Source of the DNA: a virus
Taxonomy: Duplodnaviria; Caudoviricetes
Strand: one strand, 5' to 3'
Virus record (IMG/VR): IMGVR_UViG_3300019458_000036
Span: 1 to 63,207 of that record
DNA length: 63,207 nucleotides
In this document: positions 35,980-44,869 of the stretch, piece by piece
How positions within the stretch are numbered: position 1 is the first letter of the stretch
Layout of the letters: the number at the start of each line of letters is the position of its first letter
Notes under the pieces: generated by a model
Told to the model about the DNA's origin: nothing
What the model saw: the letters and a program-made list of their open reading frames with translations, nothing else
Databases searched by the model: none
Made by a program: the position numbers and the translations under genes

Positions 35980-36941
35980 CAGCGAGCTCCAAAAGCTTGC
36001 AGGTCAGAGTAGCACAAGTTGTCCAGACCCTCTTGGCCAGTGGGTAAGCCTTCCTCGCCCTTAGGAAGGTAGATTCCGAGGTCCGACATCAGGCGCTCAC
36101 GTGAGGTGCACGCCTCGTTGAACGTGAAGTCCTCTCGCACCTGAGCCCGGTCACAGGGCCAACGACCCGAGCACCGAAAGAGGTTGCCATATTCCTCACC
36201 CTCGTGTTCCGTGCATCGGCGGGCCCAGTCAGCTCCGGGGCGGAGGTAGCTCCCGAGGAGCGGAAAGATCTCGAGGACCCTCTCCCTCATGAGCCACGCG
36301 GTGGCCACCGTGTCCTCCTGCTCGTTGAACATCAGGCGCTTGCTGCAGAAATTTTGCAGGGCCATGTAGGAGAAGGCAATGGTGAAACGATGGCAGGCCG
36401 AGATAGGAAGAGCAGCCCTCGCGTCCTGCCACGAGCCGTTGTTCGCGAGCATCGACATGAAGTCCTGCTTATCGCGATGTCGTCCCGCCTTAAAGATGTC
36501 GAGCTTCACGGGATCATTGGCGATAGAGGAAGGCACGCGAAAGTCAATGTCGTCATGACAATTGTCGCGCCAGCCCATCGACCCAATCACTACCCCGATG
36601 CGAGCCCGGGCGATCTGGTCAAACGCCGACCTCGAGAGGCCCGCCACCTCAAACACGAAGGTCATCGCCTCAAGGGCATTTGGAAGTGTCTTGCGCCGCA
36701 GGCAAGAGGTTACGACGTGAAGCCGCGACGCGGGTGAGAGCTTGTCCCAGCGACCCGTGGCCCAGGCATTACCCCACGTGGCGGTGACCATCGCCACGAT
36801 GGCTCGATAGGGATTGACTGGGTGGTCGACGAGGCGCACTTGAATACCTCGAACCCCGAGATAGAAGTGTGTGGTCTGAAAGTCCAGCTGAGCCTTGGGT
36901 AAGGTGCCGATCTCTTGTCGAAGTTCGAGGTTAGACATCAT
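35979..36941 (-). CDS. thyX: Divergent flavin-dependent thymidylate synthase (ThyX-like)
   Basis: LEAMTFVFEVAGLSRSAFDQIARAR, QDARAALP, NFCSKRL. The RHRxnS signature is altered. Confidence 0.75.
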   Translation of the reverse strand: MMSNLELRQEIGTLPKAQLDFQTTHFYLGVRGIQVRLVDHPVNPYRAIVAMVTATWGNAWATGRWDKLSPASRLHVVTSCLRRKTLPNALEAMTFVFEVAGLSRSAFDQIARARIGVVIGSMGWRDNCHDDIDFRVPSSIANDPVKLDIFKAGRHRDKQDFMSMLANNGSWQDARAALPISACHRFTIAFSYMALQNFCSKRLMFNEQEDTVATAWLMRERVLEIFPLLGSYLRPGADWARRCTEHEGEEYGNLFRCSGRWPCDRAQVREDFTFNEACTSRERLMSDLGIYLPKGEEGLPTGQEGLDNLCYSDLQAFGAR

Positions 36942-37839
36942 CTTCCTTTCTGTACTCGTGCTGATAGAGCTCGTTAAGCGATCTCACGGGAGTGACTCGA
37001 GGGTTGGGTGAAGAAGCTTCCTCGGTGAGCCAATAGGCCTTGCGGCCTACGGCCGCCACCGAGGCACAGGTGGCGAAGTCGTCATCGACGAACGCCGTGC
37101 AATTCTTGAGCAGCTGGTCAAAGAAGAGGGCCTTGGAGCTCTCGGCCCAGTAGATCTTGTCGAAGGGCACCTCGTTGTCCACCAACCACCGCAAGGTGTC
37201 GTGCTCGAGGGAGGGGTAAAGCTTTCGAGGGCGATAGGTAATGAGCGCGATTGACCAGCCAACGGCCCTGAGCCTCTGGAGAGTTCGAATGTTGGCGACG
37301 TCAGGAACTCCGTGGACCTTGGCTCCCGAGGCCCGGTACTCGTGCTTCGCTTGCTCCCACTCAAGGGGATTGCGACCCTTGCTCACAACCAGGAGTTCGG
37401 GGTGGCGTTGCTTGAGCCACTGGTTGAAGGACACCGTGTACTTAAAGATCACGTTGTCGATGTCGCAGGCGAGTCCCGGAATCATGACCACGCCTTGCTC
37501 ACAGCGCCACCGCTCCTCAACGACGAAGGACTTGCGGTCATAGGCTCCACAGATATCGGAGTAACTGAATCCCAGAAGTTGAGCCAGTGCCCAGAGGTAC
37601 TTCTGCACGTCAACTATCTCGTCAAGGGCTCCCGACTCCTTGACGATGTAGTCTCTTGACCGGTGCTTCTTCCAGTCCAAGGCGTCGAGGAGCTCGTCAA
37701 GCTCCCGGTGGAGGCACAAGATGTACTCCTTGGCCCACGTGACTCGCTGGAGCTCCGTGGGGTTGTCGAGCTCCACCCCGTTGACTCTCAGGAAAGTCTT
37801 GGTGAACTCTCGCTGGCGAGTGAACCGGGCATCGGTCAT
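36931..37839 (-). CDS. Fusion of dimeric dUTPase/MazG-like domain and HAD nucleotidase-like domain
   Basis: ELDELLDALDWKKH...DEIVDVQKY...YDRK, then CDIDNVI, LITYRP, FVDDD. Confidence 0.82.
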   Translation of the reverse strand: MTDARFTRQREFTKTFLRVNGVELDNPTELQRVTWAKEYILCLHRELDELLDALDWKKHRSRDYIVKESGALDEIVDVQKYLWALAQLLGFSYSDICGAYDRKSFVVEERWRCEQGVVMIPGLACDIDNVIFKYTVSFNQWLKQRHPELLVVSKGRNPLEWEQAKHEYRASGAKVHGVPDVANIRTLQRLRAVGWSIALITYRPRKLYPSLEHDTLRWLVDNEVPFDKIYWAESSKALFFDQLLKNCTAFVDDDFATCASVAAVGRKAYWLTEEASSPNPRVTPVRSLNELYQHEYRKEDDV

Positions 37840-38612
37840 CTCAACCTCCCGAGGATGTCGGTGTACACGGTGTGAGTCAACATGCTCTTGTCCCAGGCGC
37901 CGTAGCGGCCTGTCCACAACACCTGTTCCGGTACCCCTTCCCACAACTTTCGGTCAGCGGTGATAACCTTGTGAACCTGCACGTAGCCCTGGCTCTTGAA
38001 GAATCTCCACAAGCTGACCTCGGGCGGCACGAGCTTCTCGGTTGCCTGAGTTTCGAAGACTTGGGACACCCGGGTCCAGTCCTGCTCACCGGCGTTATAC
38101 CACACGTAGCCGAAGTTGCTCATCGGCACGGGGCGGTGTCGAACCAGGATGGGCCTTGACTGAAAGTCACCCTTCAGCAGGACCCGAGCCGGGATGGTCA
38201 CGATGACCCTGTCGTAAAAGGCTCCGAGGTCGAGCACCTTGCCCAGCTCCGTGAACTCCCGCTCGCAGATGTTTTCTCGAAATAGGGTCTTGAGCTGGGT
38301 CACTGCGTCGCCGGCGTGATAGACACGCTCGAGACCACGGTGGAAAGACACCGGTTGCTCTGGGTTGCCGTAGACCTTTTCCGCGTAGGTAACCCTGGCC
38401 CGAGCCTCGCTCCAGTGTCGAGGGAGATGACTGGTGAAGGTCTGCTGCTCCCTCACGTTGAGCCCGCAGTCCTCGTGAAGGTAGAACACCCCGTGGTTCT
38501 TGGTGGCCACCTCGGGGTTCTTGTCGAAGAGCGTCACGCTGTGGCCCAGGTTCACGGTGGCCCAGGCCGCCATGAGTCCCGAGGGACCAGCGCCGATGAT
38601 CGCAACCTTCAT
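37836..38612 (-). CDS. FAD-dependent oxidoreductase (minimal UDP-galactopyranose-mutase/amine-oxidase-like fold)
   Basis: VAIIGAGPSGL, VIVTIP, WTRVS, C-terminal GRYGAW. Confidence 0.75.
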   Translation of the reverse strand: MKVAIIGAGPSGLMAAWATVNLGHSVTLFDKNPEVATKNHGVFYLHEDCGLNVREQQTFTSHLPRHWSEARARVTYAEKVYGNPEQPVSFHRGLERVYHAGDAVTQLKTLFRENICEREFTELGKVLDLGAFYDRVIVTIPARVLLKGDFQSRPILVRHRPVPMSNFGYVWYNAGEQDWTRVSQVFETQATEKLVPPEVSLWRFFKSQGYVQVHKVITADRKLWEGVPEQVLWTGRYGAWDKSMLTHTVYTDILGRLR

Positions 38613-39049
38613 GTGATTCGGTACCTCTTGAACAACCGCGAGTACTCCTCGAGCCTCGCGTAGCGGAAACGCTTCCAGAAAGCCGGGTGAGGGACGGGCA
38701 CGGCCCCGGGATGCAGTCTCTGGGCCACCTTCCCGAGAGCGAAAATGACCGCCCAGGAACGGTTCAGCGCGTTTGTCTGGGGGAGCCCCCGTGGGTTACC
38801 CAGGAGGTCTAGGGAGTTCGCCCAGGCCAGCGTTTTCTCGCGGAAACCGGCGAGGTGTAGGGCCCGGGTGAGGTAGGGTCCGCAGCCACCCGGCCCGCAA
38901 AAGGGGATCTCCCGGGTCACGGTCTCCGGGTTGCCCATCTGCTCCCCGACGATGAGGTAGCGGGCCGCTGGCGAGCCCACCATCCACTCGGGATAGTGGC
39001 CGGCGGCCCAGGCAACCCGTCTCGTCACGATGTCTCTGTACTCTATCAC
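38609..39049 (-). CDS. Uracil-DNA glycosylase superfamily protein
   Basis: LIVGEQ.G, PF.G, WAN, VIFALGKVA, VPHPAF. The true start may be slightly downstream. Confidence 0.75.
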   Translation of the reverse strand: MIEYRDIVTRRVAWAAGHYPEWMVGSPAARYLIVGEQMGNPETVTREIPFCGPGGCGPYLTRALHLAGFREKTLAWANSLDLLGNPRGLPQTNALNRSWAVIFALGKVAQRLHPGAVPVPHPAFWKRFRYARLEEYSRLFKRYRIT

Positions 39050-39069
39050 CGGTTATTATCTCTTGTCAA
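39040..39069 (-). promoter_or_regulatory. sigma70-type promoter heading the nucleotide-modification/polymerase operon
   Basis: TTGACA-N18-TAGAGT. Confidence 0.65.
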
Positions 39070-39615
39070 TCACAAGTCGCACAGCGTGTGTCGCACATGT
39101 CGCTCCTCGAGGCCCAGCTCTTCGGCGATGGCCTTCGGTTTGACCCCGGTCATGAAGAGCTCCAACACCCGCAGGGTGAGCTCCGGGTCCTCGGGGTCAC
39201 CCGCACCTCGAAGCTGGCGAACCGGCTTGTCGTAGTTGACCTTCTTCGGCTTGTCGTAGACCTTCACCTCGAAGCCGCGTGCCGCGTAGTTGGCCACGAA
39301 CTCTTTGACGGTGAGCCTGGTTCCGCTCAGAGAGAGGTTCCAAGTGGACGATGCATAGCCACCCTTGGTGTCGGCTCGCTCGGTGTCCCAGCGAAACGTC
39401 ATGCCCTGTCTCACGAAGCCGTTTGACGCCAGGGAGTAGTGGCTAACGCCGTTGACGTAACCCACGCCCACGGGAAGGAGCTTGCTGGGTCTCGTTGCCC
39501 GAGCCACCTCCATGATGGTCATGAACTTCGCGCGCCGGGCCTCCCGGTGAGCCGCCTCCTTGCGGGCCCGCTTTTCTCTCTTCGCTATCAGCTCTGAGCT
39601 CACTAGTCCTTTCAT
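39070..39615 (-). CDS. Hypothetical protein with C-terminal helix-turn-helix
   Basis: VLELFMTGVKPKAIAEELGLEERHVRHTL, GGAGG RBS. Confidence 0.7.
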   Translation of the reverse strand: MKGLVSSELIAKREKRARKEAAHREARRAKFMTIMEVARATRPSKLLPVGVGYVNGVSHYSLASNGFVRQGMTFRWDTERADTKGGYASSTWNLSLSGTRLTVKEFVANYAARGFEVKVYDKPKKVNYDKPVRQLRGAGDPEDPELTLRVLELFMTGVKPKAIAEELGLEERHVRHTLCDL

Positions 39616-39636
39616 GATCGCTAACCTCCTGGCTCT

Positions 39637-39665
39637 AGTGTATCGCGGTTTTTATCTTTTGTCAA
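39637..39665 (-). promoter_or_regulatory. sigma70-type promoter
   Basis: TTGACA-N17-TACACT. Confidence 0.8.
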
Positions 39666-40387
39666 CGCCCAAACTCGTCCTCCGCGTCACTGATGGCCTC
39701 CTGGACAGCCTTCCTCAGCGAGACCTTGGCGGTCATGTCACCCGTGTTCCATGCGTGGTGATATGCTTTGATGGAGGTCATGCTGACCTTCTTTGCATAG
39801 GTAGCGCGAAGCAGGAGCTTGAAGTTTTGCCGAAAGGTTCGGCTGTCCTTCGGCTCGAGCTTCTCGTAGATCTTTAGCAGCTCCTGAGGGTAAAGTGTTC
39901 CGAGACGAGAGGCCACCATCGAGTGCAGCAAGGCGGCTCCACCGTAACTTTGAGCCACAGTCCAAGCCAGGCGCTCGGTCGTGGTGAGCCTGGGTATCTC
40001 GCCAAAGTTGATGGAGCGCACGTTGGCGTAACGGGATAAAACCCACTCTAGCTTCTGGTTTGAGGTGACCCGCTTTGCCGGGCGCTCACTCAGATAGAGT
40101 TGCTCTGCCGTGAGCTCGTCATTGATGGTGAACCAGCCGGTCTTGAGACCGAGGTTACGAGCAGCTTGAACGCGCCGGTGCCCTCGACCTAAGACATAGT
40201 CGCAGCCGAGCTCGCCGGGCTGGCCGGGGTTCCACTTGGGAACTCCATGACCGTACTCCCTGAAGCCGTCCTCGACATCTCGCACTGACTCAACTCTCGA
40301 CTCCGGGTTGTGCTTGTACAACACGATGTCGTCCAACTGAAACTCACAAACTGACCTCTCGGTTTTGCTCTTTAGCTTTGCAGTCAC
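39662..40387 (-). CDS. ParB/Srx N-terminal domain protein
   Basis: HNP...YVLGRGHRRVQAARNLGL. Confidence 0.7.
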   Translation of the reverse strand: MTAKLKSKTERSVCEFQLDDIVLYKHNPESRVESVRDVEDGFREYGHGVPKWNPGQPGELGCDYVLGRGHRRVQAARNLGLKTGWFTINDELTAEQLYLSERPAKRVTSNQKLEWVLSRYANVRSINFGEIPRLTTTERLAWTVAQSYGGAALLHSMVASRLGTLYPQELLKIYEKLEPKDSRTFRQNFKLLLRATYAKKVSMTSIKAYHHAWNTGDMTAKVSLRKAVQEAISDAEDEFGR

Positions 40388-40393
40388 GTGTTG

Positions 40394-40470
40394 CCTTCTT
40401 TCTGGAGCGTCAGCTCCGGGACGGGGAGAGCATCGTGGCTCTCCCTCACCCGCAGCCGCTACGCTGCCTC
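40394..40470. repeat. About 78-bp direct repeat / stem-loop element, copy 1
   Basis: Near-identical to 41161-41238 (CCTTCTTTCTGGAGCGTCAGCTCCGGGACGGG...CTCTCCCTCACCCGCAGCCG.TACGCTGCCTCG). Confidence 0.9.
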
Positions 40471-40560
40471 GGCAATCTTCTGCCAGTCGTTGCGCGGGAG
40501 CTCGATGATCTCGCCACCGGCGCGCTCGAGGGCGGTTGCCTCCTCATACACGAGCCACCC

Positions 40561-40589
40561 ACTCTATCACTTGATTTTAACCTTGTCAA
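40561..40589 (-). promoter_or_regulatory. sigma70-type promoter
   Basis: TTGACA-N17-TAGAGT. Confidence 0.75.
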
Positions 40590-41160
40590 CTACCTTTCCT
40601 TACCCCGGTGGCCGAGGTGCCAGCAATGGCAGAAGGGGCACCGGTAAGAGCGGAGCTCGCCGCGGTTCGCCCCGCGATGTTTCACCGCTCGGCCAATCTT
40701 TCGCTCGGCCTCGTCGCGGGACGAGTACTCCTGCTTGCCGTAGCACTCACGAGCCTCGCGGTCCACGGCTCACCTCCCCTCTCTCAGGATATCCACGCAT
40801 AGCTCAAAGAGATCGCGGTGGGGCAAGTCGGACGCGTCGGCATAACCAAACCGGGTGCCTACCCAACAACGAGCCTCGATGACTAACTCATCTCGATCGT
40901 AAAACCAGACGTCGCGCGACGACGACAGGAGGTCGATGAGCGTCGTGAGAAGCGTCGTTTCGCTCAGTTGCATTACCGGTCTAGCCTTTCTTCGCTGTCC
41001 ATCAGTGACTGCACGAGGTTAGAAAGATCTCGTCGCTGGCGCTTCAGCAACTGGATCTCATATTCTAACTCAGTGACTCGTCGCGCAGCTTTCCAAAGCT
41101 TTCGGCTCATGTCACTCAACTCTATGGGCTGTGTCATGTTGTGCTGGGGGTTCATGGTAA

Positions 41161-41238
41161 CCTTCTTTCTGGAGCGTCAGCTCCGGGACGGGGAGAGTCT
41201 CGTGGCTCTCCCTCACCCGCAGCCGTTACGCTGCCTCG
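41161..41238. repeat. About 78-bp direct repeat / stem-loop element, copy 2
   Basis: Near-identical to 40394-40470. Confidence 0.9.
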
Positions 41239-41251
41239 AGCCAGAAGCTTT

Positions 41252-41650
41252 TCACCTGAACCTCTTGTCGTGGATTTCCCACGTGGGATCTCTGAGCTTC
41301 CAGAGCAGGGCATGAGTCCACTCATGAATCAGCACTTTGTGAACCTGGCGGCCCGTCATCGAACCGATTCGCGCGTAGGCCATGACGCCGTATTCCCGAA
41401 CGCCCTTACCTACCGGTACGTCGTAAACTGCGAAGCAACCTAGGGCCAATTGGCCCGAGCAAGGCATTCGACCCGGCATCTCCAGAAGTTGCACGCCGGA
41501 CACGTCGGCTGTCGCTGCTTCTGGATAGCCCAGGGCCACGAGCCTTGCCCGAGCATCGCGGAGGGCGATATCCATCAGTCGCTCCCTGCCGCGAGCATCG
41601 GCGGAAAGGCTCATCAAGAGGAGAATTGTCACGAGGGCCGCCAGCCTCAC
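41252..41650 (-). CDS. Exported HExxH zinc metallopeptidase-like protein
   Basis: Signal peptide. VLIHEWTHAL...HDKRF (SprT-like). Confidence 0.7.
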   Translation of the reverse strand: MRLAALVTILLLMSLSADARGRERLMDIALRDARARLVALGYPEAATADVSGVQLLEMPGRMPCSGQLALGCFAVYDVPVGKGVREYGVMAYARIGSMTGRQVHKVLIHEWTHALLWKLRDPTWEIHDKRFR

Positions 41651-42301
41651 AGGTTAACCTCTTCATCCCAGTAGTGGCGCTGGAAGTTTTCCTCGTGGTT
41701 CATCGCGATGGGCTCCTCGGCGTACCCCATGATGATCCTGGTCAGGCAGCTCGGACATCTCCAGACGTCGGCAGCGATCTTGTAGTAGGGTCCGAAGCTC
41801 GAGTTGACTTGGACCGTCACGTCGTTCTTGTGGGCCTTCAGCGGAATCTTGCAAGCGAAGCACGTCACCTTTGGAATGAACATCTCATACCTCCTGTTCG
41901 TCGCGGTAGTTCTCGAGCATGCCCTCATGCCACTGCTTTTCGATCTCAGTCCAACCGCGGGGAAATGTGTCGCGAGCACACCAGCACTCCCAGTCCGCCT
42001 CCGTGAAGTCGAGGCCAGCCTCTCGGAAGATGGCCGCGAGCTCTTGCCTGCTCATCGGTCTCCGTCGTGCTCGGCCCAGGTGTCGTCACCGTGCCACTCT
42101 TCGTCGGCGGCCTCCTCGTTGAGCTGCTCCTCGTGGGAGAGGGCCGCTTGGGCCTCCTCGAGGAGGCAGGGCTCGTGGTCGTCCTCCGTCTCGAAGGCCT
42201 CGGCTCCGCACCAGATGCACTGAGTACCCAGTCGCTCTTCCTCGGCCCCCAGCTCCAACCATCTCTCGAAAGTCATTGGCGTTCTCCTTTGTTCTAAGGC
42301 T

Positions 42302-42330
42302 AGTGTATCACGGTTAAAATCCTCTGTCAA
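42302..42330 (-). promoter_or_regulatory. sigma70-type promoter
   Basis: TTGACA-N17-TACACT. Confidence 0.8.
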
Positions 42331-42581
42331 CTCGGGATTTGGCCCGCTTCCGGTCTCCGGGCTTTCTTGCAGCAACTGCAAGCGCAAGCCTGAACGCTGC
42401 GGTAGACCTGCAGTAGATCGCGTACGGTTTTCTCGTGGCCGTCGTGGGCATCGAGAGAGTCGCACGTCCAGCCCGAGGCGAGGCATAGCCAAAGGCCGTC
42501 CTCGTCCTCGAAAACTTCGCTTACGCGAGGGTCGCCGTTGACTATGTCAAGCGACTGATATCGCGTCCTGTTTTTCTTCAT
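42327..42581 (-). CDS. Hypothetical early protein
   Basis: AAGGAAGG RBS, 84 aa. Confidence 0.6.
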   Translation of the reverse strand: MKKNRTRYQSLDIVNGDPRVSEVFEDEDGLWLCLASGWTCDSLDAHDGHEKTVRDLLQVYRSVQACACSCCKKARRPEAGQIPS

Positions 42582-42650
42582 AGCCTTCCTTTGGTTCGAG
42601 CATCTCGGGATCGGGGCGAACGGTCCGCGCCCCTCACCCGCGAGGCTCGA

Positions 42651-43025
42651 CTACTTCTGAATCACCGAGACCCGGTTGTCCTCGATGTAGACATAGACGA
42701 GCGGAAGCTCGAAGTGCGGGCCCGGTCCAAAAGAGGGCGAAGGGCATGATATTCCACTTCGGAGACGTCCGTTTGCGCTCAAAACGTACACCCACTGAAG
42801 ACTGAGACTGTCCGCGGTTTCGGTGGAGTACCCACGGCACGGCTTGCCGACTGCGGCGATCACGTCCTCCCACCACTGCCCGACGAAGACGTCATGGTTC
42901 TTGATGCGCGCGTTGTAGAACGCGGCGGTCTCCGGAGTCGCGTTCGGATCCTTGGTTGTCTTGTCTTTCGCGAACACGGAAACCGAAACCAGCACCATCA
43001 TCAGGGTTGCGATTGTCTTTTTCAC
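42651..43025 (-). CDS. Exported SmpA/OmlA-like domain protein
   Basis: Signal peptide MKKTIATLMMVLVSVSVFA. VGQ..EDVIAAVGKP...QWVY...YVYIEDNRVSVIQ. Confidence 0.6.
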   Translation of the reverse strand: MKKTIATLMMVLVSVSVFAKDKTTKDPNATPETAAFYNARIKNHDVFVGQWWEDVIAAVGKPCRGYSTETADSLSLQWVYVLSANGRLRSGISCPSPSFGPGPHFELPLVYVYIEDNRVSVIQK

Positions 43026-43105
43026 TTGCTTTCTCCTTGGTTTGAGTCGCCCGTTATGAGCGCCTCGGGATCGGGGCGAAGTGGTTCGCCCCTCACCCGC
43101 GGGGC

Positions 43106-43306
43106 TCAGCCGCGGATCGGCTTCCAACTCTTCACGAGGCGGTCCACGCTGATAGTGATCACCCGTCGGAGGTTGCCGTCGAGGTCCTCGACCCTCACGA
43201 GGACCCAGCCCTCCTTGACGCTGACGACTCGCAGTCGCTCGCCGCTCATGGTTAGCTCAGTGGTGCCGCCCACCCAGAGGCTGCCCTTGTCGAGATTGGT
43301 CTTCAT
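43106..43306 (-). CDS. Small hypothetical early protein
   Basis: GAGGAGG RBS, ATGA coupling. Confidence 0.6.
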   Translation of the reverse strand: MKTNLDKGSLWVGGTTELTMSGERLRVVSVKEGWVLVRVEDLDGNLRRVITISVDRLVKSWKPIRG

Positions 43307-43515
43307 CTTGTCCTCCTCAGCCTCGCAAGCTTCGTCGAGCCGAGGTAACGGACGGGTCCGTGATACGACCTACCGTTAACCCGGCGCTCTCCGCTCCACG
43401 ACCGGAAGATGAAGTAGGTAACCCTTCCCCACGTGGAGTTGATCTTGATCTCTAGCTTGAGGTGTCCGAACACCTCGCTGTCGTGATCGGAGTGCGCTAA
43501 CCTTTCGATCTTCAT
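43303..43515 (-). CDS. Small hypothetical early protein
   Basis: AAGGAG RBS. Confidence 0.6.
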   Translation of the reverse strand: MKIERLAHSDHDSEVFGHLKLEIKINSTWGRVTYFIFRSWSGERRVNGRSYHGPVRYLGSTKLARLRRTR

Positions 43516-43542
43516 CTTCGTTCTCCTTGATCAGGGAGGGAG

Positions 43543-43863
43543 TCACCCTCCGTAGAACATGTCGAGGCCGCAGAGTGGGTCGCGGGTCTCTTCATCGTGT
43601 TGCTGGGGGTTTCCATTCGCGAGCTCTCGCCGAATCTCGGGGATGGTGAACACCTCGGCTTGGGCCCAGGCATCGCCGGCGATGTACACCGCGAGGATTT
43701 GCCTTGCGCCGTTTGAGGTGTGCCACGAGGAGCGACTCCACTCGAGGGCTCTCTCGAAAGCCCGGGTGACCGTCTCGAATCGACCAGAGATGGACCGGGC
43801 ATCGCTGAGAACCGCGACCACGTTGTAGGTCGTCGTCTTCTTCGTCGTCTTCTTCATCTTCAT
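43543..43863 (-). CDS. Hypothetical early protein
   Basis: AAGGAG RBS, ends with DPLCGLD motif. Confidence 0.6.
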   Translation of the reverse strand: MKMKKTTKKTTTYNVVAVLSDARSISGRFETVTRAFERALEWSRSSWHTSNGARQILAVYIAGDAWAQAEVFTIPEIRRELANGNPQQHDEETRDPLCGLDMFYGG

Positions 43864-43931
43864 TCTCCTTTCACTGGGACCGTGAGTGGTCTGGGAGGGA
43901 GTCAACCCTCGAGGGTTAACCCCGACCCGCA

Positions 43932-44126
43932 CTACTCGGGCTCGGCGCAGTCGGGACAGGAAACACCCTCGAGGCCGCAGAGCGGGTCGTGAGCCACTTC
44001 CACTTCATCGTCATCCGGGCCCGCCTCGCGCCACTCCGTGTCTGACGGGCCGCAGACCAGCAACGTGCCCTCCTCGACGCGGTACCAGGTGTCTCCAACT
44101 CTCGTGTCTTTCATATTCATCGTCAT
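43932..44126 (-). CDS. First early gene, small acidic protein
   Basis: AAGGAG RBS behind a promoter, ends HDPLCGLEGVSCPDC. Confidence 0.6.
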   Translation of the reverse strand: MTMNMKDTRVGDTWYRVEEGTLLVCGPSDTEWREAGPDDDEVEVAHDPLCGLEGVSCPDCAEPE

Positions 44127-44150
44127 CGTCGTTTCTCCTTACCTATAGAT

Positions 44151-44179
44151 ATGATATCACTGGTTTTTAACTTTGTCAA
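44151..44179 (-). promoter_or_regulatory. sigma70-type early promoter with AT-rich UP region
   Basis: TTGACA-N17-TATCAT at the boundary of the late and early modules. Confidence 0.85.
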
Positions 44180-44216
44180 CAAAAATAGCAAAAAAATTTA
44201 AGCCCTTTGTTTTTAA

Positions 44217-44618
44217 CTACTTAGAGGCCGCGTGAACCGTGTGAACTTCTAGGAAAAAGGAGTCCGCGCGGCCCGTGGCCAAGAGGAAGGCCGCGAAGCC
44301 AGCCGCGGAGCCGAGGACCGCCGGCCGGTCACCGAAAAAGCCGATCGTCGTCCCGCAGAGAATGCAGCCCAGCGAGTCCGTCTCGACGTTGCCGCGGTGG
44401 AACTTCACCTCGTCGTGGCCGTCCACGATGATCTCGTAGGTCTCGTAGGGGGGCTTACCGCGGTTGAAGGTCGATGGAATGCAGCGGTGGACGCCGTCGG
44501 GAATCACGACGCGCAGGTCCTCAAACGTGCGCTCAAGGGTGACGCAGATGGGGGAACCCGTGTCCGAGAGAAGGAGCCCGAAGGCTCCCTCCTCGGTCAC
44601 GGTGCGAAAGAGTTTCAC
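44217..44618 (-). CDS. DUF5675-family protein (putative endolysin/peptidoglycan peptidase)
   Basis: FGLL...CVTLE...IPDG...FHRGN...DSLGCILCG...S.AGF. Confidence 0.8.
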   Translation of the reverse strand: MKLFRTVTEEGAFGLLLSDTGSPICVTLERTFEDLRVVIPDGVHRCIPSTFNRGKPPYETYEIIVDGHDEVKFHRGNVETDSLGCILCGTTIGFFGDRPAVLGSAAGFAAFLLATGRADSFFLEVHTVHAASK

Positions 44619-44869
44619 GCGTGCTTGTTGACGGCGTTAATCGCCTTGACGGCGCCTTCGATGACTTCGCTTACGCCCTCGGCGAATGCCTGGTCGTTGA
44701 CGAGGTCCTCGTGCTTGAGGCCCTCGATGCCCTTGACCGCGAGCAACACGATCTTAGTCACGAAGCCTTTCTTGAACTCCCCCTTCCCGCGGCCCGGGAT
44801 GAGCGACTCAACGAGCCCCACGATCGAGGGGATCTGCTGGATGATGGCGATCACTTCTGCGAGTCCCAT
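44615..44869 (-). CDS. Lysis-module hypothetical protein
   Basis: GGAGG RBS. IPSIVGLVESLIPGRGKGEFKK. Confidence 0.6.
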   Translation of the reverse strand: MGLAEVIAIIQQIPSIVGLVESLIPGRGKGEFKKGFVTKIVLLAVKGIEGLKHEDLVNDQAFAEGVSEVIEGAVKAINAVNKHA

